A DNA stretch of 64,000 nucleotides from an uncultured Gammaproteobacteria bacterium (lineage in GTDB: Bacteria; Patescibacteriota; Microgenomatia; Levybacterales; UBA12049): the NCBI GenBank assembly GCA_964497535.1, contig CAZCCG010000001.1, positions 66,688-130,687 of the forward strand. Reading direction: 5' to 3'. This document shows, in pieces, positions 54,401-64,000 of this stretch. The position numbers and the translations under genes were made by a program. Position 1 is the first letter of the stretch; each line of letters starts with the position of its first letter. A model generated the notes under the pieces. It was not told the DNA's origin and searched no databases. It worked only from the letters and a program-made list of their open reading frames with translations.

Positions 54401-55735
54401 ATGGAGCAACATCCTATCCCTCAAGACGTTACCGGATTTCAATTCCGCCTCATTGGAGACATGACAATCAAGCAATTTGCCTATGTCGCAGCCGGTGTTA
54501 TCTTGGCGTATCTGTGCTTTAATCTTCCTCTTTCACCGCTCATAAAAATACCCTTGGCTCTTTTGATTGGAGGCTTTGGTGCGGCGTTGGCATTTGTTCC
54601 CATTGAAGGACGACCATTGGATGTTATGGTAACTCATTTTGTCAAAGCGTTATTCACCCCCACTCAGTATACCTATCAAAAAGTAGGAGGCAAACTCTCA
54701 ATGACCTCGGTACATATGGTTACGCCCCAAAAGACAATGGTTGCAGTCCACACTGCTCCCGAATGGAAACAACAAAGATCTGATGATTCCCGAAAAAAGT
54801 TGCAGATGTATTTACAACAACTTCCCCATGCAACCCAAAATAAGCTTGATCAAAAAGAGCAAGTATTCTTTGAGTCGATGGCTCATGGATTTACTCAGCT
54901 CCCTTCTGTCCCCCAGCCAGCAATGCCGCAGCAACCGTCTGAGGGAAAACAGCAAGGATCTGGCACGTATTTTGTATCGGTCACAGGAGATCAACCGCAA
55001 GAGCAACCTCAACCACAGGCGCAACCGCCGGTTCCCGCGCCTGTTCCAACTCCCCCTCAACAGGCAGATGACACAAAAAATGAACAGGCACTTATTGCAC
55101 AAGAACAGGCAATTCAACAGGCATTAGCCGAAGCCAAAAAACAGGAGGAATTACAAGTAGAAGCACACCAAGAGACTGCTCAAACCCATGAGAAAGTGAA
55201 TGAACTTGAGGGACAACTCAATGAAGTTATGGTACAAAAACAAAAATTGGAAGAGCAACTATTGAGACTGCAAAAAAAACTTGATACTACCCATCCCCAG
55301 GTCTTTACGCCAAGCACTGCAACGGTGCAGCCCCAAGAACAACCTGCTCAAACGCAAAATGTACGCAGAATTCCCCGTGGTATGGAGACAAAAGTAGGAA
55401 CTCCTATGACTCCTGATGTGCCAAATATTATTCTGGGGATCATTAAGGATCCCCGAGGCAATGTGCTTCCTGGTATTTTGGTGGAAGTGAAAGATGCCGA
55501 GGGAAATCCGGTTCGGGCATTTAAAACCAACCAGCTGGGACAATTCGCATCTGCTACCCCGCTTCTCAATGGTACCTATACCATTGAATTTGAAGACTCT
55601 ACAGAAAAGAATACATTTGCTACAATTCAATTAGAGGCAATCGGAGCAATCATGGAACCGATTGAAGTAATATCCAATGACAAACGGGAAGATTTGAGAA
55701 AATCACTGTTTGGAAAACCAGGAGAAAAAGTTTAA
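54401..55735 (+). CDS. PrgI-family protein with coiled coil and C-terminal beta-sandwich
   Basis: MEQHPIPQDVTGFQFRLIGDMTIKQF, two TMs, PIEGRPLD; GIIKD..GNVLPGILVEV...TNQLGQF. Confidence 0.82.
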   Translation: MEQHPIPQDVTGFQFRLIGDMTIKQFAYVAAGVILAYLCFNLPLSPLIKIPLALLIGGFGAALAFVPIEGRPLDVMVTHFVKALFTPTQYTYQKVGGKLSMTSVHMVTPQKTMVAVHTAPEWKQQRSDDSRKKLQMYLQQLPHATQNKLDQKEQVFFESMAHGFTQLPSVPQPAMPQQPSEGKQQGSGTYFVSVTGDQPQEQPQPQAQPPVPAPVPTPPQQADDTKNEQALIAQEQAIQQALAEAKKQEELQVEAHQETAQTHEKVNELEGQLNEVMVQKQKLEEQLLRLQKKLDTTHPQVFTPSTATVQPQEQPAQTQNVRRIPRGMETKVGTPMTPDVPNIILGIIKDPRGNVLPGILVEVKDAEGNPVRAFKTNQLGQFASATPLLNGTYTIEFEDSTEKNTFATIQLEAIGAIMEPIEVISNDKREDLRKSLFGKPGEKV

Positions 55736-55764
55736 AGATTAAAGTGTAAAACTTTTCATTACAT

Positions 55765-56433
55765 ATGGCCAATACTGCCCAGAAAGTCAAATCATCAACT
55801 CAAAAGTTTACTGAAATCATCGGCATTGATGAGGAAATTGTATTGATGGAAGGAGGCAATGCCTGCCTGATTATTGAAATTACCGCATCAAATTTTGCCC
55901 TTCTTTCCCAAGCAGAACAGCAGGCAAAAATCTTTTCCTACGCGTCACTTCTCAATTCCCTGTCATTCCCTATCCAAATCGTCGTTAAGAACAAACAGGT
56001 CGATATCACTTCATATCTCAAGCTTTTGGATTCCCAAGCGCAGAGCACAAAAAATGAAATGCTTTCCTTGCATATCCAACTGTATCGTGATTTTGTACAG
56101 GATTTGGTGAAAGTAAATACCGTGTTGGACAAAAAGTTTTATGTTGTTATCCCCTATTCCTATTTGGAAAAAGGGGTTACGGGAGCAGCCACAACCTCAA
56201 CCAAAAAAGGGGTTGTCCAAAAAACATTTGTTGACGATGCCAGAAAAAACCTCAAACTCAAAGCCGATGCAATTCAGGCGCAACTTGCCAGATTGGGACT
56301 TCCGGCAACAACCCTTGGGAAAGAAGAATTAATCAAACTCTTCTATGGCATTTTCAACCAGGATTTGACAGAAACTTCCCAAATCTCAGATGATATTAAA
56401 GCACCGGTTATTAAAGCAGCACAAAAAACATAA
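55765..56433 (+). CDS. VirB4/TraC N-terminal-like accessory protein
   Basis: NFALLSQAEQ...YASLLNSLSFPIQI...KFYVVIPY; lies between PrgI and VirB4. Confidence 0.7.
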   Translation: MANTAQKVKSSTQKFTEIIGIDEEIVLMEGGNACLIIEITASNFALLSQAEQQAKIFSYASLLNSLSFPIQIVVKNKQVDITSYLKLLDSQAQSTKNEMLSLHIQLYRDFVQDLVKVNTVLDKKFYVVIPYSYLEKGVTGAATTSTKKGVVQKTFVDDARKNLKLKADAIQAQLARLGLPATTLGKEELIKLFYGIFNQDLTETSQISDDIKAPVIKAAQKT

Positions 56434-56434
56434 T

Positions 56435-58657
56435 ATGAAATTATCATTTGGTAAAAAGGCACAACAACCAACACCAGCACCGGTTACACCTGCAGGAGGA
56501 AAACCACAGCAACCTAAGGCTGCTGCTCCGGTAAAAAAGGTCACTCCCCCCACGGGATATGTCTCTCTGGAACATTTAGAAAAAGGGATGATTTCCCTGG
56601 CAGATCTATTGGCCCCTTCTTCTGTTGAGGTTGATTTTCGCTATATCCGAGTCGGAGATAAATATTACCGGACATTTTTTGTCGTTGGGTATCCCCGCTA
56701 TGTATCGGCCAACTGGTTACAACCACTGATTGATTTTGACCATACCCTGGATATTTCCATGTTTATTTACCCTACTTCTTCAGCTGATGTACTCTCGGAT
56801 TTACGACGAAAAATTGCGGAAATGGAAGCAACTATTTCATCTGAATCTGAGCAGGGAAAAGTTGTAGATCCCAAAGTTACGGCAGCATTGCAAGATGCTC
56901 TCTCTCTTCAGGAAGAACTGGCAAAAGGAGTAGAACGATTTTTTCAATTCAGCCTGTATGTTACTGTCTCTGCAGAGGATATTACCAAACTTGATGAAGC
57001 TTCAAAGGTACTCCAAACAACACTCGCCTCAATCCTTCTGTTGGCAAAGACAGCAACACTTCAGATGGAGGAAGGCTTTAAGACAACGCTTCCTATTGGC
57101 CAGGACCGGCTCTTTTTGACACGTAACATGGATACCACGTCCCTTGCTTCAACCTTTCCCTTTACGTCTGCCACATTAACCCAAGACAAAGGAGTCATGT
57201 ATGGAATTAACGAACAAAATGGCTCGCTCATCATTTTTGACCGGTTTTCTCTTGAAAATGCCAATGAAGTAGTGTTGGGTAAATCCGGTGCGGGAAAATC
57301 ATTTCTCATCAAGCTTGAGATTATGCGGCAGTTTATGTTTGGCACCGATGTTATTGTCGTTGATCCTGAAGGGGAATATGGCAAACTGGCTGCCACCCTA
57401 GGAGGGGAAGAAGTCGCTTTCACCCCCTCCTCTCCTGTCAAGATTAACCCATTTGATCTTTCAGGACTCTATGAAGAAGGTGAAAATGAATTGGGGCTCA
57501 AAATTCTGTCATTACATGCATTACTTCGTATCGTTTTGGGCAACCTGGATGCCTCTCAAGATGCTATTTTGGATCGCGCCCTGGTTGAGACATACAAGCA
57601 ACGCGGTATTACCGCAGACCCAACAACCCAGAAAAGTGAACCTCCCCTTATGGAAGATTTATATAAAACCCTTTTGGGAACCGAGAATCCAACGGCAAAA
57701 GAACTCGCGCTGCGGCTGGAGAAATTTATTAAAGGCAGCTTGAGCGGTATTTTCAACCAACAATCCAACTTTAATCTGAGTAACCCTCTCACTATATTCT
57801 CGATCAAAGCTCTGGAAGATGAGCTGCGTCCGATTGCCATGCATATTATTCTGGATTTTGTCTGGACCAAAGTACGCAAGACCCTGAAAAAACGGCTTCT
57901 GATCCTGGATGAGGCGTGGTATATGATGAAATATGAAGACTCTGCCAGCTTTGTCTATGGCATTGCAAAACGGGCACGCAAATATTACCTGGGACTCACC
58001 ACTGCCACGCAAGATGTAGAAGATTTCCTTTCAACCGATTACGGCAAAGCGGTTCTGTCAAATTCCTCAATTCAAATGCTTCTGAAGCAAGGGACAACTG
58101 AGGTTGATATGATTTCCAAAACATTTTATCTTTCAGAGGGAGAGAAAGAACTCCTCTTAACAGCAGATGTGGGAGAAGGACTCTTTTTTGCAGGAAGAAA
58201 CCATGTACCCATCAAAGTTGTTGCAGCACCCTTTGAAAATACTATTATTACGTCAAATCCGGAAGAAGTCATGAAGAACCTGGCGCAACAACAAGCAGTC
58301 CCGCAAGGGCTGACAAATATGATGGCGGCACCGCAAGAACCGGCAGCACCCGCAGACCCCAGTTTGCCTCCAGTCTTCCATCCAAATGCAGTTGCCAATG
58401 CCGTTTCTAATCGTCCGACACCGGCTGCTCCCGCAAAACCTGATCCGCTTGATCCATTTGAAAAAGTCTCACCGGTCAAAATAGAGACTCCTGCTGCGCC
58501 TGTTGCTCCGACGACAACACAATCTCCTATTCCCCCAACTCAACCTTCTATACCACCAGCTGCTGCTCCAGTCATAACCCAAACGCCAACAGCTCCTCCA
58601 TCCCAAATACCTACACCTGGGGTACAATCTCCTGCGCCAACCCCTCCCCGACCATAG
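56435..58657 (+). CDS. virB4: VirB4-like T4SS ATPase (probable start 56435) with Pro-rich tails
   Basis: Walker A GKSGAGKS, VVDPEGEY, INPFD, Walker B LILDEAW, KRARKY, ATQD. Confidence 0.88.
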   Translation: MKLSFGKKAQQPTPAPVTPAGGKPQQPKAAAPVKKVTPPTGYVSLEHLEKGMISLADLLAPSSVEVDFRYIRVGDKYYRTFFVVGYPRYVSANWLQPLIDFDHTLDISMFIYPTSSADVLSDLRRKIAEMEATISSESEQGKVVDPKVTAALQDALSLQEELAKGVERFFQFSLYVTVSAEDITKLDEASKVLQTTLASILLLAKTATLQMEEGFKTTLPIGQDRLFLTRNMDTTSLASTFPFTSATLTQDKGVMYGINEQNGSLIIFDRFSLENANEVVLGKSGAGKSFLIKLEIMRQFMFGTDVIVVDPEGEYGKLAATLGGEEVAFTPSSPVKINPFDLSGLYEEGENELGLKILSLHALLRIVLGNLDASQDAILDRALVETYKQRGITADPTTQKSEPPLMEDLYKTLLGTENPTAKELALRLEKFIKGSLSGIFNQQSNFNLSNPLTIFSIKALEDELRPIAMHIILDFVWTKVRKTLKKRLLILDEAWYMMKYEDSASFVYGIAKRARKYYLGLTTATQDVEDFLSTDYGKAVLSNSSIQMLLKQGTTEVDMISKTFYLSEGEKELLLTADVGEGLFFAGRNHVPIKVVAAPFENTIITSNPEEVMKNLAQQQAVPQGLTNMMAAPQEPAAPADPSLPPVFHPNAVANAVSNRPTPAAPAKPDPLDPFEKVSPVKIETPAAPVAPTTTQSPIPPTQPSIPPAAAPVITQTPTAPPSQIPTPGVQSPAPTPPRP

Positions 58658-58767
58658 AGTATATAGTATTTAATTTGGGGACATTGAAAATCATATATTG
58701 GAAATTTGAAATCCGCCTGCCTGTGCTATGATTAAGGTATACTGCGACTCTGTCGTTTGTTCTGCCT

Positions 58768-61700
58768 ATGCCGGTCCAAGAAAAACTGCCTACTGTCAAT
58801 CAAGCATTCCATTACTTTCCCCAAGACCACCTCTCGGCGGAGTTAAAAGATATTCTTTCTAAAGTTGCTAACTTTACCGCACCCCAATGGGAAACCTATA
58901 AATCTCAGAACCCAAATATATCCCCCTCTGTTTCAAGTAAAATTACCCAAACCCTTGCCGCATATGAAACTGTTTTTACCACTGCGGAGCAACCGCCCGA
59001 CAGATCTCAGGAACCGGAAAAGAAACAAGGAGCACAGACTTCCTCATCAATGCATAACCAGCCTCACGAACATCAAGCAAAATACATTGACGAGGACCAC
59101 CGTTATTTGGAATTAGCCGGAGAGAATCAGTCCGGATTTGAAAAAACTCTGGAAAAAAAGTATGGGAAAGACTGGAAAAAGAATAACCAAGCCAAACTTG
59201 AGCTTGATCGCTATATCAATGGCCAGACATTCCCTGTCGATAAAAATACCAAATCATTGAAAAGTGAAACGCTCAAACAGTTCTATAAGGAACACAAGCA
59301 AAAACGGCATGAGCTGCAAAAAAAAGTGAAAGCTACCGAACAACAATTGGAAAAATTAAAAGTTTCCAGGAAAAACCCCCTTGTCAAATTCGTCCAGTTC
59401 AAATCCAAAACAAACCAATTAAAAAAAGAAAGAGATGCACTTAAAAACCACATCGATACCCTCAAGCACTATCATGAAAATGAACGACAACGAATACATG
59501 AGCATTCTTCAGACGATGTAAATGTACAGCAAACGCATGCCAGTATTGAAAAAAACAGACGGAAAATTCTTCGTAAATCACAAAAACAACAACAGGCTAT
59601 AGAAAAGCAGAAGGAAGAAATCCGAACTCAAATAGAAGAAACCATCAAACAAAAAAATCAAGAAAGCAATGGGACTGATACCAAACAGTTTGAAGCAGAT
59701 GAAAGACAGAAGGCGGAACACCAAATTCAATCGTTGGAACAAAAGCAAGAACAGACCAGAGAGCAAGCAGCGAAACGAATACAAGCACGAGAAGAAAAAC
59801 AGTGGGAAAAGTTCGTTAAAAAACATCCAGAAAAGACACGTACCTATGCACTCCCACCAGAAAAAGCAACTGATCAGGATATTGCACTTTCCCGATCAAT
59901 ATTTCAAGCCAAACAACGGGTAGATGCATCAGAAGAACAAAAAAAACGACGAGGTACACAACCACAAATAACGACGACGACCCAGGTGAATACAACCCAT
60001 ACAATTACCCGGGCAGATCATCCTCAAACACTTTTGGCTACACCAATCCATCCTCATCAAAAAGCTGGGGAGGAGACAGAAGAACAACGAGGACAACGAA
60101 CAGGACGAAGAATAACCTGGAAAGATCGGTTCCTTGGTAAGGAATCTCATGCCCCTTCTGGCCTGTATGGTGGGCGGTACGGCGCGGCTGGAAAACGTAT
60201 CTCTATATCAAAAGCACCACGGTTAAATATGGGACGATTACGTGGACGCGTTTCCTCTCTTGGTGCCTCGTTTAGCTCACGATTTATGCCTCAAAATTCA
60301 GAACCACAACAAGAACAAAGAGAGTTACCATTTCAACTCCCTAATTTAATCAATACAGGCAACGATATATATAACACTGCGCAGAATGTCAAATCAGCAG
60401 TGCAAATGGCACAAAAAGCTGCCCAAGCTGCCAGAGCTGTTCAAATTGCAATTGCTGCCGCAAACCCTATTACATGGATTGTTATAGGCATTATTTTAGG
60501 CCTGTGTCTGTTAGTAATTATTATCATTATTATTTTTGGCGGAGGTACGATGCCGCAAGACACCCTGCAACAAAACCAACAAACACTAAGCGGACCTCCA
60601 ACGGGTACAAATAATCCTACTATTCCCGGCCTAATCTACTCGAAAACCGGGCCTATTTCAGTTGATAATGGTTCACAAATAACCTATACAGTCTCTGTAG
60701 CCTATACCGGCACCGATGATACGGTTACAGTCATCGATACCCTTCCTCCGAAAACAAAGTTTATATCTGCAAGCGGAAATCCTGATTTTATACGGCGCGA
60801 CGGAAGTGATCCAACCAGTGAAATTACCGGTGTGTCCTGGAATCTTAGCAAACAGAATAATTCTCAAACACTCTCAACAACGGCCGAAGAATCAAGCTCT
60901 CAGTTTCCGCAGGATATATATAGAAGCTATGGTTTCCCCACTCCCACTACTCCGGAAACCATGTCTACACAGGTCTTACAAAATTATAAAAATTATCTCC
61001 AACCCAACGTACAAAAAGCAGGAGCGGCAACCGGTGTTGATCCGGCAATCATCACAATGTGGGCGTGGCTTGAAACCGGTATAAATTCCTATGCGAGCAA
61101 TTGCAATGATCTGATAAAAAATAATCCCAACTATTACTGTGATCACGGATTGTGGCAAGTAGGCTATGGAATTCAAGTATATGATCATCTCAAAAACCTG
61201 ACAGAAGCGTTTAACGCAATGCATGCAGGAGAAACCGTACAAAGTGTAGGACAAAAGGTTATTGACGGCTCAGCTACCCGTGGCATAGGAGGAGCCATTA
61301 CTCAACCTTCTGCTGTCTTTCCCGATATCTCAATCAATGAATTGGTACAAAAAGCACAGCAGGGAGATAAGGATGCTCGAATGTATGCGGCAATTCTTAT
61401 GAAAGATGATGGAATTGGTGCATACCTCATCGGTAAAACGTTCAAGGGTATTATCGGACCTAACCTTGCCAAGACAATGCAGGGATGGAGCAGTAGTTAT
61501 TATGATCCGCAAAAGATAGTAAATTATATTGCCGGAGTCTATCAAGCGGGTATTTCCGCCTCCGCTTCCTCAGAACCCGCACGATCATATTCTTTTACGC
61601 TGGTCTTGGAACCAACAGAAAACGATATCTATGTTACCAACACGCTGCGCGCAACGGCAAACGGACAATCTTTAGTTACTCCCCCCTCAGGAGGAGTCAA

Positions 61701-62127
61701 AAGCGGAAATGCATGTACCGAACCCTATGAAGGAACCGGTTATTGTTCTGTTGAGTATCTCAAGCAGTTTTTTGGAGATAATGCCATCAAAGCATCTTTG
61801 ATCTGTCAAGCCGAAAGCGGAAGCAATCCTTTTGCCAAAAATGAGACATGCAGTACCAATGATTATAGTGTGGGTTTATTCCAAATTAACTTAATTGCCC
61901 ATTGCCCTGGTGCATTCTCAGGACAGTTCTGTTCACGAACAGTTATTAATGAAACGAAGAAAAATGAGTGTGAACGAAAATATAAAGATAATCCTGAGGA
62001 AAATATTAAGTATGCAGCAGGACTTTCCAAAAATGGTGCTGATTGGACTCAGTGGGGTACGTGGCTTCATGGAGCCGGCGGAAAACCTGCGGTAAAAACC
62101 ATTCTCACTCAATGTGGTATACAATAA
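58768..62127 (+). CDS. Membrane-anchored cell-wall hydrolase (VirB1-like): coiled coil, TM, DUF11-like Ig domain, two lysozyme-like domains
   Basis: TM WIVIGIILGLCLLVIIIIIIFGG; KTG...ITYTV...DTLP; GVDPAII...LETG; CQAESG, SVGLFQIN, NIKYA, WTQW. Confidence 0.72.
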   Translation: MPVQEKLPTVNQAFHYFPQDHLSAELKDILSKVANFTAPQWETYKSQNPNISPSVSSKITQTLAAYETVFTTAEQPPDRSQEPEKKQGAQTSSSMHNQPHEHQAKYIDEDHRYLELAGENQSGFEKTLEKKYGKDWKKNNQAKLELDRYINGQTFPVDKNTKSLKSETLKQFYKEHKQKRHELQKKVKATEQQLEKLKVSRKNPLVKFVQFKSKTNQLKKERDALKNHIDTLKHYHENERQRIHEHSSDDVNVQQTHASIEKNRRKILRKSQKQQQAIEKQKEEIRTQIEETIKQKNQESNGTDTKQFEADERQKAEHQIQSLEQKQEQTREQAAKRIQAREEKQWEKFVKKHPEKTRTYALPPEKATDQDIALSRSIFQAKQRVDASEEQKKRRGTQPQITTTTQVNTTHTITRADHPQTLLATPIHPHQKAGEETEEQRGQRTGRRITWKDRFLGKESHAPSGLYGGRYGAAGKRISISKAPRLNMGRLRGRVSSLGASFSSRFMPQNSEPQQEQRELPFQLPNLINTGNDIYNTAQNVKSAVQMAQKAAQAARAVQIAIAAANPITWIVIGIILGLCLLVIIIIIIFGGGTMPQDTLQQNQQTLSGPPTGTNNPTIPGLIYSKTGPISVDNGSQITYTVSVAYTGTDDTVTVIDTLPPKTKFISASGNPDFIRRDGSDPTSEITGVSWNLSKQNNSQTLSTTAEESSSQFPQDIYRSYGFPTPTTPETMSTQVLQNYKNYLQPNVQKAGAATGVDPAIITMWAWLETGINSYASNCNDLIKNNPNYYCDHGLWQVGYGIQVYDHLKNLTEAFNAMHAGETVQSVGQKVIDGSATRGIGGAITQPSAVFPDISINELVQKAQQGDKDARMYAAILMKDDGIGAYLIGKTFKGIIGPNLAKTMQGWSSSYYDPQKIVNYIAGVYQAGISASASSEPARSYSFTLVLEPTENDIYVTNTLRATANGQSLVTPPSGGVKSGNACTEPYEGTGYCSVEYLKQFFGDNAIKASLICQAESGSNPFAKNETCSTNDYSVGLFQINLIAHCPGAFSGQFCSRTVINETKKNECERKYKDNPEENIKYAAGLSKNGADWTQWGTWLHGAGGKPAVKTILTQCGIQ

Positions 62128-62131
62128 TATT

Positions 62132-62608
62132 ATGCAACTAAGAAAATTTTTATTTGTTACTCTGGCCGGATTGGCAATAATAATTGCAATCGCAATCTTT
62201 ATTAAATCGACCATTCCTCCAAAAATAAATGATCAGTCTCCTGAAAAAATCATTGTAGCAACACCGGCTCCTACCATACCTCAAACGCAAGTAATCGAAA
62301 TATCCGGCATACCGGTAAATAATTTTTATAAAAATGCTGCCGAAGTGAACTTAAATACCGATGCTCTTATAACAGAAACCAGTTCATATCAAATTGCCTA
62401 TCTGGCAAAATTTGGAGAATTTCTTATAACTGTGCTTGGTTCTCCTTTTCCACAGGCGCGGGCGACAGCCGAACAGGCATTTATTTCAAAGCTTGGTATT
62501 ACTAAAGAACAGGCATGCCAACTCACCGTATTTGTAAGTACTCCTTCCTATGCAAATCCCGACTATTCCGGACAGAAATATAACTTGTCCTTCTGTACAA
62601 GTCAATAA
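62132..62608 (+). CDS. Membrane-anchored hypothetical protein
   Basis: N-terminal TM, operonic spacing. Confidence 0.65.
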   Translation: MQLRKFLFVTLAGLAIIIAIAIFIKSTIPPKINDQSPEKIIVATPAPTIPQTQVIEISGIPVNNFYKNAAEVNLNTDALITETSSYQIAYLAKFGEFLITVLGSPFPQARATAEQAFISKLGITKEQACQLTVFVSTPSYANPDYSGQKYNLSFCTSQ

Positions 62609-62609
62609 T

Positions 62610-63314
62610 ATGTCAATATACAAAAGTTATCTCTTTACCCTGCTACTCTTTCTGATATCTCTCAGTTACTTACCTTTTGTATATGCACAGGATGCTACGG
62701 TAAAAACAAAAGTAGGAAACCCCTCGGAAGATGTAAACTCAACTGAATGTAACTCACCATTGCCATCAGGAGATATCCAACAATCTATCAAAGATCAGTT
62801 TGGTATCACCATGAATGGCTTTGACCAAACGCATTTACAATGGGCTTGGGAAAAATTCTGCGGAAGTGCCAATACGAAGTTCAACCAACTCGTAAAAGGG
62901 AGTACCATTGAGGCCATTGCCGGACTCTCCCAACAAATTGGATGTTTTAAGGGGACAAGCGTCCAACTGGGACAATATCAACCAAAAGCACTTTTTCAAT
63001 TTATTTTAACCCATGAATTGGGACATGTGATTCGAAATTGCCACCCAAGAAATATAATTTTATATTCCAAACATATTGAAGCATATAACTCTGAGGGTGC
63101 AGTAAGTTATTATGGAGGCCATGCTGCTGCCTGTACTGGTTCTGATAACTTATCTGAAGATTATGCAGATATGATTGCTTATTATGTTAATCCGGAAGCT
63201 GGTATTGCAACAGTAAAATGTGCTCCTAATGCTACTCCACCGAATCCTTACTTTGTTGCAAAAGATAAACCGGCTCATCATAATGTAGTAAAGGGAGTAC
63301 TCGACAATCAATGA
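62610..63314 (+). CDS. Secreted zincin-like metallopeptidase
   Basis: Signal peptide ending VYA; THELGH...SYY...SEDYAD. Confidence 0.72.
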   Translation: MSIYKSYLFTLLLFLISLSYLPFVYAQDATVKTKVGNPSEDVNSTECNSPLPSGDIQQSIKDQFGITMNGFDQTHLQWAWEKFCGSANTKFNQLVKGSTIEAIAGLSQQIGCFKGTSVQLGQYQPKALFQFILTHELGHVIRNCHPRNIILYSKHIEAYNSEGAVSYYGGHAAACTGSDNLSEDYADMIAYYVNPEAGIATVKCAPNATPPNPYFVAKDKPAHHNVVKGVLDNQ

Positions 63315-63916
63315 TAAAACGAATATTTTTTATTAGTATCTGCTTATTTATAATTGTAAGTATAGTTATTGTTATAGTAATTCAACAGAATCAATCGAAT
63401 CATCAACAAACAAACATTCCATCTGCTAATAACACTGGCATTGATAGTGGTATCTCCAATATCATCAGCCCGCTCCAAAAATTTCCGATTGGTGCCAAAA
63501 ATAACCACTTGGATTCTGTTCCGGGTTTTAAAGATAAACAGACTCTTCCTGATGGAAGTGTTCAGTATGACTATGAATCCCCTCTTTCAATCCGTCCAAA
63601 TATAATTATCACGAAAGATGACTCCATCATTTACGAAAGAGAACTTACTCCGGAACAACCTTCAGAGAAAGGTTATGCAATAATTTCAGATTATCTCAAT
63701 AGATTCGGGCAACCGGATGTAATTGTTCAAGGTTCACATTTTTATGATTGGATGGCAAAAACATATATATATGCTCGAAGAGGATTCGCTTTTATAGGAA
63801 ACCCAAATACAGATGAGGTTTATGAATTTCAATTTTTTAAACCTATGTCAAGCGAAGATTATATAAAAAACTATGGAGAAGACTTAAATCCGAGTTCAGG
63901 ACCAAAACCAGAATGA
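63311..63916 (+). CDS. Membrane-anchored hypothetical protein
   Basis: N-terminal TM; start overlaps the upstream stop (ATGA). Confidence 0.65.
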   Translation: MIKRIFFISICLFIIVSIVIVIVIQQNQSNHQQTNIPSANNTGIDSGISNIISPLQKFPIGAKNNHLDSVPGFKDKQTLPDGSVQYDYESPLSIRPNIIITKDDSIIYERELTPEQPSEKGYAIISDYLNRFGQPDVIVQGSHFYDWMAKTYIYARRGFAFIGNPNTDEVYEFQFFKPMSSEDYIKNYGEDLNPSSGPKPE

Positions 63917-64000
63917 TACTATCGAGTTATTCTATACTTGCACTCTGATTGGCATGATAATGTGAAGATAGGAAGATTCTCCCTGTATTTTAAATACTCC

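Noticed and set aside
28101-63916. Prophage or classical conjugative ICE
   Set aside because: No integrase, relaxase, terminase or capsid genes recognisable; composition mostly matches the host.
1-64000. Alternative genetic code (UGA=Gly, as in Gracilibacteria/Absconditabacteria)
   Set aside because: Conserved genes are full-length under code 11 and several end at TGA (comF, 25458, 37490, 63314).

Overview
AT-rich bacterial window whose gene set (TrmB-like regulators, tandem class A PBPs, pgk/rpe/rpiB/class I aldolase/PfkB, SpoIID-like protein, ComF, smpB-ssrA, PrgI-VirB4 plus many VirB2/TrbC-like pilins, many apparently leaderless genes) points to a Patescibacteria/CPR organism, probably Microgenomates (inference). 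It uses the standard code (TGA is a stop). 1-5 kb: three TrmB paralogs, a queuosine-precursor transporter, and GC-rich SD-led small genes driven by two copies of one promoter. 5-21 kb: housekeeping and cell-wall genes. 21-28 kb: tmRNA with a 35-codon tag, a GIY-YIG gene, and 7 tRNAs (all four Ser, Arg-GCG, Arg-CCG, CAT). 28-64 kb: an extended type IV secretion-like locus. Best candidates for undescribed biology: (1) tandem cassettes of a small helical chaperone-like protein followed by a giant protein (1829 and 1565 aa); the giants share a long core with glycine-rich hydrophobic segments but end in different enzyme-like C-termini (PP2C-like plus an unknown domain; GT9 glycosyltransferase), and lie next to the T4SS genes; (2) four-helix-bundle (IVS/Avd-like) genes each bracketed by inverted heptamer-repeat arms, with the same arms found 'empty' in many intergenic spaces and as in-frame insertions in pgk and pfkB; (3) GC-rich gene cassettes with a repeated 3' hairpin. 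All family calls come from motif recognition by eye; no searches were run.
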